DNA from: an uncultured Christensenella sp.
GTDB lineage: Bacteria > Bacillota > Clostridia > Christensenellales > UBA3700
Length of the DNA stretch: 64,000 nt
Direction of reading: 5' to 3'
Assembly: GCA_910584635.1 (NCBI GenBank)
Contig: CAJUBA010000001.1
Coordinates: forward strand, 108,176-172,175
Shown here: positions 49,537-58,036 of the stretch, piece after piece
How positions within the stretch are numbered: the stretch's first letter is position 1
Layout of the letters: the number at the start of each line of letters is the position of its first letter
Position numbers and translations under genes: made by a program
Notes under the pieces: generated by a model
Told to the model about the DNA's origin: nothing
The model's input: the letters and a program-made list of their open reading frames with translations, nothing else
Databases searched by the model: none

Positions 49537-49575
49537 AAGATGCAATTCCCGATGGGAGTTGCATCTTTATTATTC
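49537..49575 (+). terminator. intrinsic terminator closing the decarboxylase operon
   Basis: AAAGATGCAATTCCC GAT GGGAGTTGCATCTTT followed by ATTATT. Confidence 0.75.
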
Positions 49576-49645
49576 TTTTGAAGTAGCGAGTATAGATATA
49601 ACAATATCGTTTTACTTTTTTCCTTTATTTTGATAGAATATAAAT

Positions 49646-50395
49646 ATGAATATACTTTTGGTCAACGACGACGGAATTTACAGCGAGGGAATATTGACTT
49701 TGGCAAAAGCGCTTATGACGGGAAACGAGATTACTCTCGTCGCTCCGCAAGGGCAGATGTCTGGCATGGGACACTCTATCTCTTACTACGGTTACGTCAA
49801 TTATACCGAATTGAATATACTAGAAGGCGCGCGCTGTTTTGCCGTAAACGGAACTCCTGCAGATTGCGTAAAAATAGCGTTGAATCTTATATACGATAAA
49901 AAACCGGATCTGATAATAAGCGGTATAAATAAAGGATTCAATTTGGGATGGGATATATTCTATTCGGGTACTGTTAACGCTGCGTTAGAGGGCGCTGTTC
50001 AGGGAATAAAATCTATTGCTATTTCTCAGGATTATCATCTTAAAAATTTTGAGTTTACGTCTAAGTTTTTAGCCGAAAATCTATATAAATTATACGAAAT
50101 GTTGCCTCAGGACGCGCAAACCGTATTAAATATAAACGTTCCGAGCGACGATAAAAACGTATTGAAAGGCGTTAAATTTTCCAAAGTAGGAGTAAAAAAA
50201 TATAAAGAGTCATATCTATTTGACGAGAAATACGGGTATAAACTCAGAGGTGTAAGCGAGTTGGGAGATTTTAATGGCAAAGACGACGACGTTTATTTAT
50301 ATGAAGATAAATATATAACGGTTTCTGCGGTCAAGAATGATTGGAACGATTACGGCTATTACGATAAATTCAAAAAAGAGGACTTCAATATATGA
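49646..50395 (+). CDS. surE: 5'/3'-nucleotidase SurE
   Basis: MNILLVNDDGIYSEGI...GINKGFNLG...YSGTVNAALEG. Confidence 0.92.
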   Translation: MNILLVNDDGIYSEGILTLAKALMTGNEITLVAPQGQMSGMGHSISYYGYVNYTELNILEGARCFAVNGTPADCVKIALNLIYDKKPDLIISGINKGFNLGWDIFYSGTVNAALEGAVQGIKSIAISQDYHLKNFEFTSKFLAENLYKLYEMLPQDAQTVLNINVPSDDKNVLKGVKFSKVGVKKYKESYLFDEKYGYKLRGVSELGDFNGKDDDVYLYEDKYITVSAVKNDWNDYGYYDKFKKEDFNI

Positions 50396-51633
50396 AAGTT
50401 ATTATTGTAGGCGGTGGAGCGAGCGGTATGATGTGCGCGTCTCTGCTGGCGCAAAAAAACGTTGAAGTTATTCTTATTGAAAAAAACCAGAAGTTAGGAA
50501 AAAAACTATTCATTACAGGCAAAGGAAGATGCAATATTACAAACGATTGCGATAATCAAACTATTTTTTCCAATATAGTGAACAATTCCAAGTTTATGTA
50601 TTCGGCTTTGAACGGCTTTACGCCGCAGGATACAATGCAATTTTTTAAGGAAAACCGTTTGGATTTGAAAGTCGAACGAGGCAACAGGGTTTTTCCTGTA
50701 TCGGATAAATCAAGCGACGTTATTAAATGTTTTGAAAAGATTTTAACAAAAAACAATGTTGATATACGGATGAATACGAAAGTCAAAAGTATTTTGACTG
50801 ACGAAAACGGCGTTTGCGGAATAAAAACCGACTCGGGCGAAAGTATTTTGGCAGACTGTGTGGTAATTGCAACGGGAGGAGTGTCTTACAGTTCCACAGG
50901 CAGTACGGGCGACGGTTATATTTGGGCAAAAGAGTTGGGGCATAATATTGTTGAACCGCGTCCGGCGTTGGTTCCTATTTTGTTAAAGGAGCAGAATGGA
51001 TTGCAAGGCGTAAGTTTGAAAAATGTTACCGCTTCTATTGATAAAGACGGCAAGATTCTTTTTTCGCAGTTCGGAGAAATGCTTTTTACTCACAACGGGG
51101 CAAGCGGTCCGATTATACTTTCTCTTTCGAGTTTAATAAATAAATATTACCGCGGCGGTAAATTTGACGCTAAGTATAAATTGATTATTGATTTGAAACC
51201 TGCGTTGACGAGAGATACCCTTGACGCAAGGCTTTTGCGCGAGTTCTCTCAAATGAGTAACGCAGAAATCAAAACAGCGGTTCAAACGCTTATGCCTAAG
51301 GCTTTGGTGGACGTTGTGTTAAAACAAAGCAAAATTTCACCGAAGACGGCGATAAATTCGATAACAAGACAGCAAAGAGAACAATTGATATATGCTATAA
51401 AAAATTTGGAGTTTGCTATTGCAGGACTTGAAAATATAAACGCGGGAATAATTACTGCCGGAGGAGTAGATTGCAAGCAAGTCGATCCTAAAACAATGAT
51501 GAGTAAAATTGTAAAAAATTTATACTTTATCGGCGAAGTATTGGACGTGGACGCGCTGACCGGCGGTTTTAATCTTCAACTTGCATTCAGCGCTGCTCAT
51601 CAAATGTGTAAAAGCGTTGTTGACATAGATTAA
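50392..51633 (+). CDS. HI0933/BaiN-like FAD-dependent oxidoreductase
   Basis: Rossmann N-terminus VIIVGGGASGMM, then GKGRCNITN, TGGVSY and the C-terminal GEVLDVDALTGGFNLQ. Confidence 0.85.
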   Translation: MKVIIVGGGASGMMCASLLAQKNVEVILIEKNQKLGKKLFITGKGRCNITNDCDNQTIFSNIVNNSKFMYSALNGFTPQDTMQFFKENRLDLKVERGNRVFPVSDKSSDVIKCFEKILTKNNVDIRMNTKVKSILTDENGVCGIKTDSGESILADCVVIATGGVSYSSTGSTGDGYIWAKELGHNIVEPRPALVPILLKEQNGLQGVSLKNVTASIDKDGKILFSQFGEMLFTHNGASGPIILSLSSLINKYYRGGKFDAKYKLIIDLKPALTRDTLDARLLREFSQMSNAEIKTAVQTLMPKALVDVVLKQSKISPKTAINSITRQQREQLIYAIKNLEFAIAGLENINAGIITAGGVDCKQVDPKTMMSKIVKNLYFIGEVLDVDALTGGFNLQLAFSAAHQMCKSVVDID

Positions 51634-51691
51634 TCGATTGCATTATTTTCGAAATTAGGTTAGAATATTATATATAATAAATGAGGTAAAC

Positions 51692-53140
51692 ATGATAAAT
51701 ATTGCCATAGACGGACCGTCCGGCGCGGGAAAAAGTACAATAGCGAAAACAATTTCCAAAAAGTTGAATATAATGTATCTCGATACCGGAGCAATGTATC
51801 GCGCGGTCGCGCTTTACGCGCTCGAGAACGGCGCGGATTTGTCTGATTCGGAAGCGATTGGAGAATTGTTAAATAATATAGATTTGACGTTTATCGATAA
51901 CGGAACAGAAAACGCGGTTTGTATTAACGGTCGCGACGTGTCTAAGGAAATAAGGCGTCATGAGATTTCAAAAAGCGCATCGGAAGTATCCAAACTTTCG
52001 AAAGTCAGAGATTTTTTAGTTGAGATGCAAAGAAAAATAGCCGCTGAAAACGATGTGGTGCTTGACGGAAGAGATATTACCAGCAACGTTTTACCCAACG
52101 CAAAATATAAATTTTACCTTACGGCGACAGCCGAAGAGCGAGCAAGAAGAAGATGCTCCGAGTTAAAAGAAAAAGGACAAGACGTTGATTATCAAAAGGT
52201 TTTGCAAGATATTGTCGATAGAGATTACAACGATATGAACAGGCAGATTGCGCCGTTGGTAAAGACTGAAGATTCAATAGAAATAGACAGTACTTCTTTG
52301 GCTCAGGAGCAGGTTGCCGATTTAATATTGACACATATAAAAGAAATTGACGGCAAAAGCGTATGTCCTGTCAATACGGCAGTGGCAAGGTTGCAAGACA
52401 AAGAGATTCAAGCAGTTGCAAAAAAAACTAAAAGAAAGAGTATATTTATTAGAGGTTTCGCCGCGTTTGTAAAGTGGGTAATGGGCGGTCTTTGGCATAC
52501 TAAGATATATTTCAAAGATAATTTTATAAAAAACTCTAAAGCAGTGGTTATATGTAATCACTATTCGGCTTTGGATCCTTGTGTAATCATATCCAGATTG
52601 TTGGGAAAGAACGGAAAGGTAATGATGAAAAACGAAATTACCAAAAACAAGTTTATCGCAAGCGTTGCCGACGAGTTAGGCTGTATACCTGTCAAGAGAG
52701 GGGAAGCCGACTTGAACGCCGTTAAAAAAGTGCTGTCGGCGTTGAATCACAACAGCCAAGTCCTTATCTTCCCGGAAGGAACGCGAAATAAAAATGAAAA
52801 TTTCAAGGAGATGTTGCCTTTCAAAGCCGGAGTAGCGACTTTTGCGTTAAAGACAAAATCGCCTGTCGTTCCGATGATGTACTATAAAAAGACGGGGATT
52901 TTTAAGAGAAATAAACTTGTAGTGGGAGAGCCGTTTTGGCTTGACGAGTTTTACGCTCAAAAACCTAGTGAAGTTAAGGACGTCGCTACGGATTACATTA
53001 GAGCGAAGATGGTAGATTTGAGAAAAGAAGTGGATTTGCTGGTAGAAAAATGCAAAGGAAGCAAGAAAAAATATTTGAAGTACAAGCGACTTCAAAGCAA
53101 GGAGTTGTACGAAAATGCCAATAACCGTAGCCAAGAGTAG
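51692..53140 (+). CDS. cmk: fusion protein: cytidylate kinase (N-terminal) plus lysophosphatidic-acid acyltransferase PlsC-like domain (C-terminal)
   Basis: Residues 1 to about 215 carry IAIDGPSGAGKST, LDTGAMYRA and GRDITSNVLP (Cmk). From about residue 290 onward come NHYSALDP (the HxxxxD motif), FPEGTR and VVPM (LPLAT). The 482-codon ORF is uninterrupted. Confidence 0.85.
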   Translation: MINIAIDGPSGAGKSTIAKTISKKLNIMYLDTGAMYRAVALYALENGADLSDSEAIGELLNNIDLTFIDNGTENAVCINGRDVSKEIRRHEISKSASEVSKLSKVRDFLVEMQRKIAAENDVVLDGRDITSNVLPNAKYKFYLTATAEERARRRCSELKEKGQDVDYQKVLQDIVDRDYNDMNRQIAPLVKTEDSIEIDSTSLAQEQVADLILTHIKEIDGKSVCPVNTAVARLQDKEIQAVAKKTKRKSIFIRGFAAFVKWVMGGLWHTKIYFKDNFIKNSKAVVICNHYSALDPCVIISRLLGKNGKVMMKNEITKNKFIASVADELGCIPVKRGEADLNAVKKVLSALNHNSQVLIFPEGTRNKNENFKEMLPFKAGVATFALKTKSPVVPMMYYKKTGIFKRNKLVVGEPFWLDEFYAQKPSEVKDVATDYIRAKMVDLRKEVDLLVEKCKGSKKKYLKYKRLQSKELYENANNRSQE

Positions 53141-55304
53141 CGGATTTTGCCAAGGCGTGAAAAAAGCGGTCGACGTCGCTATGAATATGAGCGAACCTGT
53201 CGCGGTGTATGGGGAATTGATTCACAACGAAAGCGTTCTTGAAAAATTAAGAGAAAAAGGCGTTGAATGTATAAACGATCTCAGCGAGATAAACGGAAGA
53301 AAACTCATTATCCGTTCGCACGGAGTGGGCAAAGACGTATATGATTATCTTGAAAAAAACAACGTAGATTACGTCGATTGCACTTGCGTTTTTGTCAAGA
53401 AAATTCACAAAATCGTCCATGAAAATTACTTGGCTGGGAAAAGCATAATCATTATAGGAAATCCCTCTCATCCCGAGGTAATCGGTATTAACGGATGGTG
53501 CGAAAATTCGGCAATAATCTACAACGGAGAGGAAAACGTCGAATTTGACGATAAAAAGCAATATTGTCTTGTCGTTCAGACGACCTATGACCATAAAAAA
53601 GTCGAATTATTTATTAAATTTTTACAAAATAATATAAAATCGCTTGATAGAAATAATACAATATGCTATACTACTTTTTGCAGACAAGAAGAGTGTGATT
53701 CTCTAAGCAAAGAGAGTGATTTAATGCTTGTTTTGGGTAGTAAAAACAGTTCCAACACATCTAAATTATTCGATATCAGCGCTCGAAATTGTCCAAATAC
53801 TTATTTGATAGAAACGCTAGCCGATTTAAGTTCGGTTAAGGCGGATAAAAAAATTAAAATCGGCATAGTAGCCGGTGCTTCAACTCCGCCGGAGTTGATT
53901 GAGGAGGTAAAAAATCTAATGAATGAATCTCAAGAAAACATCAAAATTGAGAACGAAACTGCAAAGGAGGATTTTGGCGCGCTTCTTGAGGCTTCACAGA
54001 CTGATAAGTCTATGAATATCAAAGCAGGCAAGTCTTATAAGTGTACGGTTATTTCCGCAAACGAAGAAGGCATTGCCGTTAGTTTTGGCGGAAAAAAAGA
54101 CGGATTCGTGTGCAAAGACGATGCAGAAATGGACGGCGTAGATTATTCGGCTGACAACTATAAGGCAGGCGACATATTTACGGCGATTGTAATTGAAAAG
54201 AATTCTAAGTCCTTACCGAAGGAATACATATATTTTTCCAAGAAAACAGTTGACCAGAGAAATAAAGAAAACAGCGACGCGGTAGAGATGCTTTCTCAAC
54301 CCGAATTTAAGTTGGAGATGAAAGAAGTCGTTAAGAACGGACTTAAAGGCTATTATGGCGGTTACTCCATATTTGTGCCGGCTTCTCAAATTAAAATCGC
54401 TTACGTAACCGACGCGGACCTTGCTAAGTACGTAGGAAAGACGCTTAGACTTCGTCTTATTAAATCCAATAAAGACGATCCGGAAAAAGAACTTGATTTG
54501 AAGAGCAAGAAGTCTTTTATCGCTTCTCAGAAAGTAATACTTGAAGAAGAACAGAAAAAGAAAGAAGACGAAATGTGGGCTTTCTTTGAAAAAGATAAGA
54601 TAGTAAAGGGTAAAGTAAAAAGATTTGCCGAGTTCGGCGCGTTTGTCAGCGTAAACGGACTTGACTGTTTGGTTCACAACAGCGACGCTTCTTACAACAG
54701 AAACGTTCCTGCAAGCGAAGTTTTTGAAATCGGCAAGACTTATGATTTTATCGTAAGATATATCAGCAGAGAAACAGGAAAAATCAAACTCGGATATAAA
54801 CAACTTCAAAAGAAACCTTATGAAATCGCGTTTGAGAAATATCCTGTCGGAAGCATTATAAACGGAACGGTAAGAGACGTAAAGGATTACGGCGCTTTCG
54901 TACTCATCGAAGACAATATCGACGGACTTGTGCCAGTATCTGAAATTTCGCATAGTTTTACTAAGAATCCTGCGGACGTATTGAAGCCCGGCGATTCTGT
55001 AACGGCTCAAATTATCAGATTTGAAGACAACAGAATCACGCTTTCCATCAAGGCTCTTATCGCAAAAGAAGAAAAACAGGTTGAAGAAGTTGTAAGCGAA
55101 GAGGCTTATCAGGAAGCGAAAGAGAAGAGAGCAAAGAAGAACGCTAAGAAGTTTGATACTGCAAGCGCAACTTCCGCTCCTGTAAAAAGAGTTAAAGCCG
55201 TTAAGAAGGAAGAGGAAGAAGTTTCTTCTTGGTCGAGCGATGAAAATGCTACGGCTACTATGGCAGATCTCTTCAAGGGACTTAAATTGGATATTAAAGA
55301 ATAA
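53115..55304 (+). CDS. ispH: fusion protein: IspH (HMBPP reductase) plus a four-repeat S1 ribosomal-protein-like domain
   Basis: The N-terminus GFCQGVKKAV, with later DCTCVFV and NTICYTT cysteines, marks IspH. From about residue 290 there are four S1 OB-fold repeats (for example GKVKRFAEFGAFVSV and GTVRDVKDYGAFVLI). SD AAGGAG. The gene overlaps the upstream ORF by 26 nt. Confidence 0.9.
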   Translation: MPITVAKSSGFCQGVKKAVDVAMNMSEPVAVYGELIHNESVLEKLREKGVECINDLSEINGRKLIIRSHGVGKDVYDYLEKNNVDYVDCTCVFVKKIHKIVHENYLAGKSIIIIGNPSHPEVIGINGWCENSAIIYNGEENVEFDDKKQYCLVVQTTYDHKKVELFIKFLQNNIKSLDRNNTICYTTFCRQEECDSLSKESDLMLVLGSKNSSNTSKLFDISARNCPNTYLIETLADLSSVKADKKIKIGIVAGASTPPELIEEVKNLMNESQENIKIENETAKEDFGALLEASQTDKSMNIKAGKSYKCTVISANEEGIAVSFGGKKDGFVCKDDAEMDGVDYSADNYKAGDIFTAIVIEKNSKSLPKEYIYFSKKTVDQRNKENSDAVEMLSQPEFKLEMKEVVKNGLKGYYGGYSIFVPASQIKIAYVTDADLAKYVGKTLRLRLIKSNKDDPEKELDLKSKKSFIASQKVILEEEQKKKEDEMWAFFEKDKIVKGKVKRFAEFGAFVSVNGLDCLVHNSDASYNRNVPASEVFEIGKTYDFIVRYISRETGKIKLGYKQLQKKPYEIAFEKYPVGSIINGTVRDVKDYGAFVLIEDNIDGLVPVSEISHSFTKNPADVLKPGDSVTAQIIRFEDNRITLSIKALIAKEEKQVEEVVSEEAYQEAKEKRAKKNAKKFDTASATSAPVKRVKAVKKEEEEVSSWSSDENATATMADLFKGLKLDIKE

Positions 55305-55374
55305 GCGACAACATTTTGTTTTGGCGATATGTTTAGTGTCGCCAAAAAATATCCAAAAATATAAGAAAAATTCC

Positions 55375-55403
55375 TTGACAAATAACTCTGTATATAGTAT
55401 ATT
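55375..55403 (+). promoter_or_regulatory. sigma-A-type promoter of the tRNA array
   Basis: TTGACA at 55375-55380, a 17-nt spacer, then TATATT at 55398-55403, about 35 nt before tRNA-Pro. Confidence 0.6.
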
Positions 55404-55438
55404 TGAGTAGTCGCAAGTTCATATAGGCATTGCGGCGT

Positions 55439-55515
55439 CGGGGTGTAGCGCAGTTTGGTAGCGCACGTGGTTTGGGACCATGGGGCCGGGAGTTCGAATC
55501 TCTTCACCCCGACCA
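55439..55515 (+). tRNA. tRNA-Pro (anticodon UGG)
   Basis: Hand-folded cloverleaf. Acceptor stem CGGGGTG/CACCCCG. Anticodon loop TTTGGGA. T-arm GGGAGTTCGAATCTCTT. Encoded CCA. Confidence 0.93.
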
Positions 55516-55537
55516 GATCGCAAAGCGCAAATTGTGT

Positions 55538-55614
55538 GGGCCATTAGCTCAGTTGGTTAGAGCAACCGGCTCATAACCGGTCGGTCCAAGGTTCGAGTCC
55601 TTGATGGCCCACCA
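55538..55614 (+). tRNA. tRNA with CAU anticodon (Met, or lysidine-modified Ile2; the body resembles Ile2)
   Basis: Acceptor stem GGGCCAT/ATGGCCC. Anticodon loop CTCATAA. Encoded CCA. The D-arm AGCTCAGTTGGTTAGAGC resembles Bacillus tRNA-Ile(CAU). Confidence 0.9.
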
Positions 55615-55643
55615 CATAATATAATAAATATTAAATGGAATTT

Positions 55644-55720
55644 GGCTCGGTAGTTCAGTTGGTTAGAACGCTAGCCTGTCACGCTAGAGGTCGAGGGTTC
55701 GAGTCCCTTCCGAGTCGCCA
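55644..55720 (+). tRNA. tRNA-Asp (anticodon GUC)
   Basis: Acceptor stem GGCTCGG/CCGAGTC. Anticodon loop CTGTCAC. Encoded CCA. Confidence 0.93.
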
Positions 55721-55772
55721 ACAAATTTAATATACTTCTGAATTTTGAGATTTTTATAATCTCTTAATTTAT

Positions 55773-55848
55773 GCCTCGGTAGCTCAGTCGGTAGAGCAGG
55801 GGACTGAAAATCCCCGTGTCGGTGGTTCGATTCCGCCCCGAGGCACCA
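55773..55848 (+). tRNA. tRNA-Phe (anticodon GAA)
   Basis: Acceptor stem GCCTCGG/CCGAGGC. Anticodon loop CTGAAAA. Encoded CCA. Confidence 0.93.
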
Positions 55849-55864
55849 TGCCTATACGGTGTGC

Positions 55865-55940
55865 GCTGGTGTAGCTCAATAGGCAGAGCAGCTGATTTGT
55901 AATCAGCAGGTTGTTGGTTCGATTCCGATCACCAGCTCCA
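55865..55940 (+). tRNA. tRNA-Thr (anticodon UGU)
   Basis: Acceptor stem GCTGGTG/CACCAGC. Anticodon loop TTTGTAA. Encoded CCA. Confidence 0.92.
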
Positions 55941-55951
55941 AAATTAAATAT

Positions 55952-56036
<85 letters not shown>

Positions 56037-56040
56037 CATA

Positions 56041-56080
56041 ATGACTGGTAAGAAATTATACTTATCAGTCATTTAATTTA
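56041..56080 (+). terminator. hairpin closing the tRNA array
   Basis: ATGACTGGTAAG (56041-56052) / CTTATCAGTCAT (56061-56072) followed by TTAATTTA. The T-tract is weak. Confidence 0.5.
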
Positions 56081-56107
56081 CCCGTAATAAACAATTAGGA
56101 TTAGATT

Positions 56108-56491
56108 GTGAACAAAAAAGAGTTTTTAGATAAATGGATTCATACTTTTGCTCCAAATATAACCAAAAGTCTGTATAATAAAAGAATACGCGACCAATAT
56201 ATTTGGCATGCTTTCAGTTGGGACATTATTCCGAAAAGCGCATATCTTAAAGGCGATGATGCAAGGATTGCCTATAACAACGCAAAGAAAAAGGGCGCTA
56301 TTTGTTTACATCTATGGTATGATGAGGAGACAATTCCATTAACGGAAGAATTTTATAATGCGGATAAGTTAGAAACTTCCGATGGAGAACATTCGGAATT
56401 TTACGTTGTAGGGAAAGATTTTGCGTGGACTTATATTGTAACTCATGAAATTGAAATGGGATTAGGTCCTTATTTTATGAGTATAAAATAA
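56108..56491 (+). CDS. hypothetical cytoplasmic protein (possibly DUF4275-like; unverified recollection)
   Basis: 127-aa ORF with a GTG start after AGGAT. Trp/Tyr-rich, ending ...THEIEMGLGPYFMSIK. No TM segment or signal peptide. Confidence 0.5.
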   Translation: MNKKEFLDKWIHTFAPNITKSLYNKRIRDQYIWHAFSWDIIPKSAYLKGDDARIAYNNAKKKGAICLHLWYDEETIPLTEEFYNADKLETSDGEHSEFYVVGKDFAWTYIVTHEIEMGLGPYFMSIK

Positions 56492-56725
56492 ATTATTATA
56501 TATTTTGTCGAGAGTCGTCGCATACTAACTAAACCATAAGACGAACAATATGTTAAATATTTTGATTAGGTTTTATCATTTATGATTTTTTTCAACTTCT
56601 GTCATTTTGATATATTTATTGGATTGCAAATATGCGCCCGCAACGATAGCGTATAGGACTACATTTGCAATTAATGATTAAATACGTTATAATGATTTAT
56701 AATAAACATTATTTTGTGGAGAATT

Positions 56726-57235
56726 ATGATAATTTTAATATCAGGCGCGACGCATACGGGAAAAACTGCATTGGCTCAGCGTTTGTTGGAAAAATACAAA
56801 TTTCCTTATTTGTCAATCGACCATTTGAAAATGGGATTGATAAGAAGCGGGCAAACGTCATTAAGCGTATGCGATGATAAAAATCTTATACCTTATCTTT
56901 GGTCTATCGTTAAAGAGATAATCAAAACGGCGATAGAAAATGAACAAAATCTGGTTGTAGAAGGCTGTTATATTCCGTTTGATTGGGAAAAAGATTTTGA
57001 AAAAGAGTATTTATCGCAAATTAGATATTATTGCTTGATTATGAGTAAAGAATATATTAAAAATAACTATTCGACGATTTTATCTCATGAAAATATAATA
57101 GAAAAGAGATTAGCCGGTGATTTTACGCAAGATGAATTGATTATAGAAAATCAAAATAATCTGCAAATGTGTAAAAAATACTCGTTAAATTATATATTGA
57201 TTGATACAAAATATAAACTCGATATTGAATTATAA
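56726..57235 (+). CDS. small P-loop NTPase/kinase-like protein (2-phosphoglycerate-kinase-like / AAA-kinase fold)
   Basis: Walker A ISGATHTGKTALA at the N-terminus and VVEGCYIP in the position of a Walker B-like strand. It has its own promoter (TTGCAA 56665-56670, 17 nt, TATAAT 56688-56693). The ATG at 56726 is preferred over the TTG at 56714. Confidence 0.6.
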   Translation: MIILISGATHTGKTALAQRLLEKYKFPYLSIDHLKMGLIRSGQTSLSVCDDKNLIPYLWSIVKEIIKTAIENEQNLVVEGCYIPFDWEKDFEKEYLSQIRYYCLIMSKEYIKNNYSTILSHENIIEKRLAGDFTQDELIIENQNNLQMCKKYSLNYILIDTKYKLDIEL

Positions 57236-57545
57236 TTTATCATTTATGTTATTATTGGCGATGTTGAAAGACGTTATTGTAAATCTTGCTTATATTTTTG
57301 CTTAGAAAACGTTCGTTTAATTAGTATCCTATTGTTTTTCTTTAATTTTATTAAGTTTTAGGCATTTTTAAGTCATTTAAGGCGTAATATATGGTATCGC
57401 AATAGTTAATTAGTTTTTCCGGTTAACTAATGGCATGCAAAGTAGATTGTCTCGACCGATAACAGGGGACTACGTTATATAGGACTATCCGCGGCAGTCT
57501 TATGTAAACAGAGACGAAGAATATATAATATAGGAGATATTTTAT

Positions 57546-57797
57546 ATGGAAAAGAACATCACGGACACTACAATAACCAAGGCTGCGCCGACAGTAACTC
57601 CAACAACGCTTTCCGATGAGGAACTTTGCGGTTCGACAAACATTCTTGATACCGTACATCTTAAGAATCTTGTCGACGATCTTTCAAAACTTTACGGCAC
57701 GTTTGTTTGCACAAAGGTTGCAAGAGATGCAAAAATCGCGGCGGAGAAGCGCTTAATTGAAGCAATCCGCGCCAATCTTGACCGTTACGAGGGATAA
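57546..57797 (+). CDS. hypothetical 83-aa protein
   Basis: SD AGGAG 8 nt before the ATG. The N-terminal third is Thr/Pro-rich and the C-terminal part looks helical. It is visibly richer in G+C than its flanks and no family was recognised. Confidence 0.45.
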   Translation: MEKNITDTTITKAAPTVTPTTLSDEELCGSTNILDTVHLKNLVDDLSKLYGTFVCTKVARDAKIAAEKRLIEAIRANLDRYEG

Positions 57798-57830
57798 GAA
57801 ACAGTATTAAAAATATCTAATAAATAAAAA

Positions 57831-57903
57831 ACGGCAGAAATAATCGCTATGCGCTTTGAAATTTACGCTTTTAAGCGGCATAGTATAGTTTCTGTCGTTT
57901 TAT
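57831..57903 (+). terminator. long composite hairpin after the 83-aa ORF
   Basis: Outer stem ACGGCAGAAA / TTTCTGTCGT and inner stem CTATGC / GCATAG, followed by TTTATT. Confidence 0.5.
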
Positions 57904-58036
57904 TATATCTTTTGAGCAATAAACTGTGTTGTTACTAATAAAGGAATTGATTATATGCGCGCTTGAAAAAGTACGCCGTTTATGCTATAATATATTTGTT
58001 TTAATAAACGATAAAATTATTTGGAAGGTAAGATAA

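Noticed and set aside
55109-55507. A 132-aa minus-strand ORF spanning the ispH-rpsA 3' end, the tRNA promoter and tRNA-Pro.
   Set aside because: It overlaps a cloverleaf-folding tRNA and a strongly supported CDS, and has no SD or motifs.
56620-56670. A 9-bp inverted repeat, ATTGCAAAT ... ATTTGCAAT, just upstream of the P-loop gene promoter. I considered it a possible operator.
   Set aside because: The right arm is simply the -35 region (TTGCAA) of the promoter. There is no adjacent regulator gene, and a 31-nt loop makes a protein-binding palindrome speculative.
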